A DNA stretch of 5,592 nucleotides from Octopus sinensis (Eukaryota): positions 1 to 5,592 of the forward strand of contig NW_021829983.1 of assembly GCF_006345805.1 (NCBI RefSeq). Direction: 5' to 3'. The notes beneath the pieces are model-generated. The model was not told the DNA's origin. It did no database searches and saw only the letters and a list, made by a program, of their open reading frames with translations. This document shows, piece after piece, positions 1-5,592 of this stretch. Position 1 is the first letter of the stretch, and the number at the start of each line of letters is the position of its first letter. The position numbers were made by a program, and so were the translations under genes.

Positions 1-94
1 AAAAAATATATATGTGTTGTTAGTGTGTGCGTCTGTGTGTAGGCGTGTGAGGTAGGGCGAGATAGTGGTCGCTTAGCAGACAAAGGTCAGTAGT

Positions 95-140
95 AAGAAA
101 AAGAAGGAAGGAGGAAGGGAGGGAGGGGAAGGGGTGGGGG
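95..140 (+). other. Polypurine tract ending in a canonical G-quadruplex motif
   Basis: 95-134 is 40 nt of pure A/G. 117-140 (GGGAGGGAGGGGAAGGGGTGGGGG) has five G-runs of 3 or more separated by 1-2 nt loops. Confidence 0.8.
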
Positions 141-340
141 CGTATGTAGCGTGCCAGCGTGTGTTTGAGTGTAGTGTGTGTGTGTGTCCAGTGTCGTGGT
201 GGTATAAATGGCGAGTAGATTGAATGTTGTAAGAGTAATGTATATATTTAAGCAATGTGTGTATATGTGTGCGCGTGTGTGTAACGAAAAACGGGGGGGG
301 GGGTTAAGGAAAAGGACTCTAGCTGAGGGGAAGATGGAAG

Positions 341-500
341 AGTGGTCCCGCGGAGGCGGGCGTGGGAAAACCCAACGACACGCGACGGTCCCAGAACGGG
401 CGGGAGGTCTTGTCGGTTCCAAGAGCGAGGTGCCTGCGGAGCGTATGCGTATGCGAACCGGCGCAAGCGCGTGCGTGCGCGAGCCTGCGAGTATGTGCGT
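341..500. promoter_or_regulatory. CpG-rich, GC-rich island (possible promoter/enhancer or exon)
   Basis: Hand count gives about 108/160 G+C (~67%) and about 25 CpG, in an otherwise AT-rich window. It contains GGGCGG and GGGCGTGG GC-box-like motifs and GGGAAAACCC at 364-373. The composition is certain; the function is only inferred. Confidence 0.3.
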
Positions 501-590
501 AAGTATGTATGTGTGTGGATGTGTGAGTGTGTCTGTGTGTATGTCCGGGTGGCTTGTGTCCGATGAATGTATGTGAGTATGTGTGTATGT

Positions 591-594
<4 letters not shown>

Positions 595-643
<49 letters not shown>
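595..643. repeat. (TA)n microsatellite
   Basis: Near-perfect TA run with one interruption at ~630, preceded by degenerate TG/TATG repeats (~490-594). Confidence 0.97.
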
Positions 644-659
644 GGCCACACAGCTTGAC

Positions 660-1000
660 TGTTGGTATGGATGGTTGTAGAGTGTAATATGAGCTGATTT
701 ATAGTTTTCTGGGGGAATTTTTGATTGTTTTATATTTTTGATTATGTTGTTTGCTTCCTGTGCTTGTTTCATTCTTGGGTCTTGTCTCAGTAATGGAAAT
801 TTCTGGTGGATATTGCTGTAAATCTGTTATAGGGCAGCGGAACATGATCAAAATATTTGTTGGCTCCAACTTCTATAATGTCAACTTGATATTGTGATAT
901 TGGCTGCATTGTAGCATCCAGTTAGCGATTGGCTTCTAACTTTTGTAGGTTTGTTTGCGTTCCAGTAACATAGGGGTTCGACAGATGATGGAGGTACTAG
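660..1000 (-). mobile_element. Degenerate non-LTR retrotransposon (LINE) ORF2 fragment, region C-terminal to RT
   Basis: Minus-strand translation across frameshifts and stops gives, in order, TSII..., PLCYW, QTNLQKLE, SLTGC and QDPRMKQA. This follows the recalled SII.Y..P.W....TNL.KLQ..QN.ALR..TGC...HP.H...PR.MKQT pattern of Jockey/I/RTEX-like ORF2 proteins. Recognised from memory only; heavily decayed. Confidence 0.45.
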
Positions 1001-1021
1001 ACAGGAAAACCAATAAGTACC

Positions 1022-1455
1022 CCAGCATAGCCACAGTCCAATGATTCAGATATTTTCTTTCTCAAGTTACCTTCATCTTGGAGGAAAACGCTTTTACTGT
1101 CGAAAATGGAATCCAACTATTTTTGCGAAGGCAAATACATTCATTTCAATATGGCTATCGATATGAAGGCGTTGCTCCAGCATGGCCACAGCGCTATGAT
1201 TCAGTTACATTTCTTCTCAAGTTACCTTCATATTGGAGGGAAAAGGTTTTACTGTCGAACATGGAATCCAACTATATTTGTGAAGGCAAATACATTCACT
1301 TAAATATGGCTATAGACATGAAGGCGTTGCCCCAGCATGGCCACAGTCCAGTGATTCAGCTAATTTGGAGGGAAAAGCTTTTACTCTCGAACATGGCATC
1401 CAACTATTTTTGTGAAGGCAAATACTTTCACTTAAATATGGCTATGGATACGAAG
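1022..1455 (+). repeat. Tandem repeat, 155-bp unit, ~2.9 copies
   Basis: Units start with CCAGCAT(A/G)GCCACAG at 1022, 1177 and 1332. Units 1 and 2 align without gaps at 134/155 (86%). Unit 3 has a ~23-bp deletion (ATGG(A/C)ATCCAACTA at 1106, 1261, 1393). Confidence 0.95.
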
Positions 1456-1711
1456 ATGCTAAGAAATATCTCATTCTAAGAAATGCATTTCTCGCATATG
1501 TTAAAGATTTTGGTGAAGTTGCTGTTGAGTGGAATAAACCCTAAAGCGCTTTCTTAAGAAATGACATTCATCATCAGACAAACTTGTCTGCGTCTGTAGT
1601 AAACGATATATATATTTTTCTCAAATGAATAAATTAAACAATACATATGGAGTTGTGTGGAGTTGTACAATCGCAATACCGTCTACGTAATTGTTCTCGA
1701 TTCTAGTCTTT

Positions 1712-1773
1712 ACCTTTAGTGATTTGCTCAGTTTTGTTATTGGAATGGACTGTGGCCAGGCTGGGGCACTGCC
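1712..1773 (-). mobile_element. Isolated SINE 3'-tail fragment
   Basis: The reverse complement reads GGCAGTGCCCCAGCCTGGCCACAGTCC...ACTGAGCAAATCACTAAAGGTAAAG, resembling the tail GTGCTCCAGCATGGCCGCGGTCAAATGACTGAAACAAATAAAGG of the SINE at 4081-4500. Confidence 0.55.
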
Positions 1774-1780
1774 AAAAATA

Positions 1781-1988
1781 GGTAAGTGAGTATGTAAGTA
1801 AGTAAGCAAGCAAGCAAGCAAGTAACTAAGTAAGTAAGTAAGCAAGCAAGCTTGCTTGATTGCTTGCTTCATTGCTTGATTGCTTGCTTGCTGGCTTACT
1901 TACTTACATACTTTCTTACTTGCTTACATACATTCTTACTTACTTGCTTGCTTACTTGCTTGCTTACTTGCTAACTTGCTTGCTTATA
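1781..1988. repeat. Compound tetranucleotide microsatellite (AAGT/AAGC)n then (GCTT/ACTT)n forming an inverted repeat
   Basis: Polarity flips at AAG|CTT (1850/1851). 1781-1850 versus the reverse complement of 1851-1920 match at 57/70 without gaps. Confidence 0.95.
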
Positions 1989-2053
1989 TTAATTTGTTGT
2001 CAACTGCTGCGAGTTGAGAGGAATAAAAACAGGGTACACCTGCGGATGTCATA

Positions 2054-2502
2054 TGTTAGAAATGAATATGTTTTTTTATCTGTGTGTGCGTCGTTCGACC
2101 AAGGAGCAACACCAGCTCTTAGGTGTCAGCCAGACCAAGGAGCAACACCGACTTTTGCATCAGCCTTAACCAACGGTAGCACTTCCCTTCGCCCTTCGCT
2201 CGACATGCGAAGAGAGGCTTTCGGCCGTAAGGAAGGTGATGCCGCCTTTATCCTTTCTTCCTTTCTAGTCAGCACCATGACTACCTTACTCTTTCCATCT
2301 CTACTGACTGAGAACATTTTTCTACATATCAGCTACTAACCAGCGTGTCATCCTTGTCGACACTATCACTAGAATTGCTACTGTCTCTGTAACAACCTGT
2401 CGGGTAAACGAATAAATAGTTCTAAATAACATTTCTTCCTTCTTGGTGTTAATTCTTCGATGTTCATTGGTTACTCCGATGCGAGAACCTTGAAGCGTCA
2501 CA
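2054..2502. mobile_element. Unclassified repeat-like block, possibly a solo LTR
   Basis: TGTTA at 2054 and TAACA at 2427-2431 (or TCACA ending at 2502). There is a perfect 17-bp direct repeat GACCAAGGAGCAACACC at 2097-2113 and 2133-2149, a pyrimidine-rich stretch, and AATAAA at 2411-2416. No target-site duplication, PBS or PPT found. Confidence 0.25.
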
Positions 2503-2604
2503 TCTATACGCTACGGTAAGGAGTAAGCTATATTATATTGAATTGATATGGCACATCCAACCCGCTACACTCTTCAAAGCGGCTCTCAGGCTTGTCTGCA
2601 ATAA

Positions 2605-2618
2605 TTTTTTTTTTTTTT
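2605..2618. repeat. T14 homopolymer (A14 on minus strand)
   Basis: Directly visible. A minus-strand ATTAAA (2632-2637) lies 13 nt upstream of the A-tract. Confidence 0.95.
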
Positions 2619-2923
2619 AATCTAAAAATATTTTAATGAACCGATGTATTGCGTTGAAAGGTGAACGAACATAGAATGCTGACAGTGAATATTACTGTAC
2701 CATAACTCATACACGATCTCAGCTAAACCACGTTGATCCCACGTAGCAGAGAAAAGATGGTGGAAGGAGAAGCCGAAACTACAAAAATAACGGGAAAAGA
2801 AAATCAATGAAAAAAATAGATAAACGGACAATAAAATATAAAAAATATAATTAAAGTCAGCAATTAATCAAAGATGGTTAATATTGAAGCGTTAAATACC
2901 AGATGGAGAGGTGCGTTCTAGTG

Positions 2924-3344
2924 CGCGTGTGTGATTGTGTGTGTATGTGTGTGTTTGTGTGTGTACGAAATATATATATATATATTCGTTTGTGAGTGTG
3001 TGATCATATTTACTTAAATGTGTATAAAAATTTATATATATCAGTATATATAAATATATATATATACATACATATACATATATACATAGCTATGTATAAA
3101 TGTATGTGTATGTATGTATATATACATATATTTACATATTTTATATATATATATATATATACATATGTATATATGCATAGCTATGTATATATGCCTTTGT
3201 GAGTGTGTATATATGTATATATATAAGTATATATATTATATGTATATATATGTATAATATATATATATATATTATATATATATATATATAGATATGTATG
3301 TATATATATATATTATATATATATATATATATATACATGGGTGT

Positions 3345-3420
<76 letters not shown>
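2924..3420. repeat. Compound (TG)n/(TA)n/(TACA)n microsatellite array
   Basis: Degenerate TG at 2924-2965, TA-dominated sequence from ~2969, and a pure (TA)n run at ~3354-3419. Confidence 0.97.
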
Positions 3421-3423
<3 letters not shown>

Positions 3424-3719
3424 TGTATACAGACCGCCCTGATAAGTAAATACAAAAGCATTAATTTCATGATAATGATTGATCTCTACAGAGCCTGATC
3501 TTTATTCCGTTACCATTTCCACAGAACAATCAATACAAAAAAAAGTACAGAACTTCGAACAACAGCTTACTTGCACTCACGCAGAGTTAGGTTTCCATTA
3601 ATATCGATTACGACAATGACCCAATCAGTGATCTGTTTCTGCTAATGTTTGAACGATATCCTATATTCTAGGTAAATAACATCCATATTTATTTCCTTTC
3701 ACTTTTCCTGCATGTGAAG

Positions 3720-3801
3720 AAGGTTGGCCTAGTGGTTAGTTTATTGCACTCACGATCAATAGATTGTGATTTCGAGTCTAGTACCGGGTTGTGTTGTCTG
3801 T
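3720..3801 (+). mobile_element. Degenerate tRNA-derived SINE head (second family), 3'-interrupted
   Basis: A-box TGGCCTAGTGG at 3725-3735 and a decayed B-box GATTTCGAGTC at 3768-3778, at tRNA-like spacing. It has no intact acceptor stem, and the body is lost at the TG tract. Confidence 0.6.
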
Positions 3802-3826
3802 TCTAGTACCGGGTTGTGTTGTCTGT
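3777..3826 (+). repeat. Perfect 25-bp tandem duplication
   Basis: TCTAGTACCGGGTTGTGTTGTCTGT occurs at 3777-3801 and again at 3802-3826. Confidence 0.97.
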
Positions 3827-3861
3827 GTGTGTGTGTTGCTCAAACATTTAATAATGTTATA

Positions 3862-4044
3862 GGCGCAGGAGTGGCTGTGTGGTAAGTAGCTTGCTTACAA
3901 AGCACGCGGTTCCGGGTTCATTCCCACTGCGTGGCATCATGGGCAAGTGTCTTCTACTATAGCCTCGGGCTAACCAAAGTCTTGTGAGAGGATTTGGTAA
4001 ACGGAAACTGAAAGAAGCCCGTTGTATATACGTATATATATATA
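3862..4044 (+). mobile_element. tRNA-derived SINE, 5' half only (duplicated head)
   Basis: GGCGCAGGAG start, A-box TGGCTGTGTGG (3872-3882), B-box GGTTCATTCCC (3915-3925). Colinear with 4081 onward and ends in the SINE's internal TA/TG tract. Confidence 0.9.
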
Positions 4045-4080
4045 TGTGTGTGTGTTGCTCAAACATTTAATAATGTTATA

Positions 4081-4245
4081 GGCGCAGGAGTGGCTGTGTG
4101 GTAAGTAGCTTGCTTATAAAATACGTGGTTCCAGGTTCAGTCCCACTGCGTGGTACCTTGGGCAAGTGTCTACTACAGACTCGGGCTGTGAGTGGATTTG
4201 GTAAACGGAAACTGAAAGAAGCCTGTCGTATATATGTATATATAC

Positions 4246-4277
<32 letters not shown>

Positions 4278-4500
4278 ATGTTTGTGTACCTGCGTTTGTC
4301 CCCCCCATCATCGCTTGACAACCCATGCTGGTGTGTTTATGTCCCGTAACCTAGCGGTTCGGCAAAAGAGGCCGATAGAAGAACTACTAGGCTTACAAAG
4401 AATAAGTCCTGGAGCCGATTTGCTCGACTAAAGCTAGTGCTCCAGCATGGCCGCGGTCAAATGACTGAAACAAATAAAGGAATAAAAGAATAACAGAATA
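4081..4500 (+). mobile_element. Full-length tRNA-derived SINE (octopus-type; OK/OR-like family name not verified)
   Basis: A-box at 4091-4101, B-box GGTTCAGTCCC at 4134-4144, internal (TA)n(TG)n, then a body ending CCAGCATGGCCGCGGTCAAATGACTGAAAC and a degenerate AAAAGAAT-type tandem tail. Aligns end to end with the minus-strand copy at 4918-5313. Confidence 0.92.
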
Positions 4501-4556
4501 TAGCATGATACTTTAACCAATGTTATAAAGAATTATTATTATTCATAAATTCAAAA

Positions 4557-4761
4557 TGACAAGCTGACAGGATCTTTAGCAGGTGGACAAAAGCTTAGCG
4601 GCATTTCAACCGTCTTTACGTTCTGAACCCAATTTCTGCCGTGGTCGACTTTGAATTTTATTTATTTGAGGTCAGTGAAATTTTTACCTGTTAAACATAA
4701 TCGATTATCCTCATCAACAGCAAGTTTAGGCTTTGTACCTATAGTAAGAAGGATTATTATT
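4557..4761 (+). mobile_element. Degenerate SINE of a third family with (ATT)n tail
   Basis: GGACAAAAGCTTAGCGGCATTTC...CGTCTTTACGTTCTGA...GCCGTGGTCGACTTTG...GTACCTATAGTAAGAAGGATTATTATT. The head and tail recur at 4777-4901 and the middle recurs at 5566-5592. Resembles a recalled octopus SINE. Confidence 0.7.
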
Positions 4762-4776
4762 GCCGTTGTTGTTGTT

Positions 4777-4901
4777 AAGGTAGAACTAATTAGCGTGTCG
4801 GACAAAATGCACAGAAGCATTTCTTCCGCTTTTATCCGGACAATAAGATATCTTCCCCCAAATTTTCAAGCCTTGTACCTATAATAGAGAGTATTATAAT
4901 T
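4777..4901 (+). mobile_element. Internally deleted copy of the same third SINE family
   Basis: Head TTAGCGTGTCGGACAAAATGCACAGAAGCATTTCTTCCG is similar to 4576-4612. Tail GCCTTGTACCTATAATAGAGAGTATTATAATT is similar to 4730-4761. The middle is missing. Confidence 0.6.
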
Positions 4902-4917
4902 AATAAATTCAGTTACA

Positions 4918-5313
4918 TTCTTTTACTCTTTTACTCTTTTACTTGTTTCAGTCATTTGACTGCAGCCATGCTGGAGAACCGCCTTTAGTCGAGCAAATCG
5001 ACTACGGAACTTATTCTTTGTGAGCCCAGTACTTGTTCTATCGGTCTCTTTTGCCGAACCGCTAGATAACGGGGACGTAAACACACCAGCATCGGTTGTC
5101 AAACAATGCTAGGGGGACAAACATACACACACACATACATATATATACATATATACGACAGGCTTCTTTCAGTTTCCGTCTACCAAATCCACTCACAAGG
5201 CATTGGTTGGCCCGGGGCCATAGCAGATGACATTTGCCCAAGATGCCACGCAGTGGGACTGAACCCAGAACCAAGTGGTTGGTTAGCAAGCTACTTACCA
5301 CACACCCACTCCT
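4918..5313 (-). mobile_element. Near full-length tRNA-derived SINE, same family as 4081-4500
   Basis: The reverse complement begins AGGAGTGGGTGTGTGGTAAGTAGCTTGCT, contains GGTTCAGTCCC and the internal TA/TG tract, and ends CCAGCATGGCTGCAGTCAAATGACTGAAACAAGT followed by (AAAAGAGT)n. Confidence 0.92.
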
Positions 5314-5324
5314 TTTTTAATGTT

Positions 5325-5509
5325 TTATCTGTTAGTTGGTTCAGTAATTAAGCAACGGCCATGCTGGGGCACCACCTTGAAGAATTCTGGTAAAAAAAAT
5401 CAAACTCAGTATTTGTAACTTTTAAATTTTGGTACTGATACTATCTGTATCTTTTACCTGTCCGTTAGGTTACAGAGACGTAAAGACACCAACAAAACCT
5501 ACACACACA

Positions 5510-5548
<39 letters not shown>

Positions 5549-5558
5549 CACACACACA
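5325..5558 (-). mobile_element. Older, more diverged 3' half of a related SINE running into a (CA)n tract
   Basis: GGCCATGCTGGGGCACCACCTT is similar to GCCATGCTGGAGAACCGCCTT (4918-5313 copy). GGTTACAGAGACGTAAAGACACCAAC is similar to GATAACGGGGACGTAAACACACCAGC. The (CA)n at ~5491-5558 corresponds to the internal TG tract. Confidence 0.7.
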
Positions 5559-5561
5559 ACG

Positions 5562-5592
5562 AAGTTTCAAATTCCGCGAGGTCACTTTGTCT
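5562..5592 (+). mobile_element. Fragment of third-family SINE running off the window end
   Basis: TTCAAATTCCGCGAGGTCACTTTG is similar to CAATTTCTGCCGTGGTCGACTTTG at ~4630-4653. Confidence 0.55.

Noticed and set aside
1078-1479. 133-aa ORF with internally repeated peptide (MESNY.CEGKY.HLNMA.D)
   Set aside because: It is a by-product of the 155-bp DNA repeat. The period is not a multiple of 3, so unit 1 is read in a different frame, and no domain is recognisable.
1535-1546. TAAACCCTAAA as a telomere repeat or telomerase RNA template
   Set aside because: Single occurrence, of the plant-type rather than the TTAGGG repeat, with no supporting structure; expected by chance.
1545-1590. Hammerhead ribozyme (minus-strand CTGATGA at 1571-1577, GAAA 17 nt later)
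   Set aside because: The intervening sequence cannot form stem II with a closing G-C pair, and no stem I or III partners are evident.
2097-2149. CRISPR-like repeat-spacer-repeat (also considered for 1022-1455 and 3826-4116)
   Set aside because: Only two 17-bp repeats with a 19-bp spacer, eukaryotic context and no cas genes. In the larger arrays the would-be spacers are themselves homologous.
2150-2230. Type II hammerhead-like arrangement (GGCCGAAAGCC...CTGATGC) on minus strand
   Set aside because: The core reads CUGAUGC rather than CUGANGA, and the required stems do not pair.
1860-2339. 159-aa ORF, the longest in the window
   Set aside because: The first third is translated tetranucleotide microsatellite (LLAYLL...) and the rest has no recognisable motif.
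2701-2778. Resemblance of FSFHHLFSATWDQRGLAEIV to integrin-beta F.F.HVLSLT.D...F.EEV
   Set aside because: The diagnostic downstream SGNLD.PEGG motif is absent and the upstream sequence does not fit; probably coincidental.
2996-3498. YI-rich ORFs (and similar ones at 73-772)
   Set aside because: These are translations of TA/TG microsatellites, which lack stop codons.
3525-3671. Plus-strand 147-nt exon candidate (TTTCCACAG| ... AG|GTAAAT)
   Set aside because: All three reading frames contain stop codons. A non-coding exon cannot be supported without RNA data.
3862-4150. tRNA genes suggested by A- and B-boxes (also 3725-3778 and 5240-5313)
   Set aside because: No complete cloverleaf or T-run terminator; the heads continue into SINE bodies.
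3857-5351. Cluster of 65-83 aa ORFs that resemble each other
   Set aside because: They resemble each other because they are translations of copies of the same SINE.

Overview
Eukaryotic, AT-rich, microsatellite-dense DNA with no recognisable intact protein-coding or RNA gene. The repeat content resembles my recollection of the abundant tRNA-derived SINEs of octopus, so a cephalopod intron or intergenic region is the best guess (not database-verified). Nearly all ORFs in the supplied track are artefacts of simple repeats or SINEs. From left to right: a G-skewed, CpG-rich block (1-600); a decayed minus-strand LINE ORF2 remnant (~660-1000); a 155-bp tandem triplication carrying a SINE 3'-tail motif (1022-1455); a 140-bp loopless fold-back tetranucleotide microsatellite (1781-1920); an unexplained LTR-like block (~2054-2502); a long TA/TG array (2924-3420); and a ~1.9-kb cluster of at least eight SINE copies or fragments from about three families (3720-5592). 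That cluster includes a tandemly duplicated SINE head and an inverted full-length pair. I found no convincing new biological system. The most notable signals concern how the repeats evolved.
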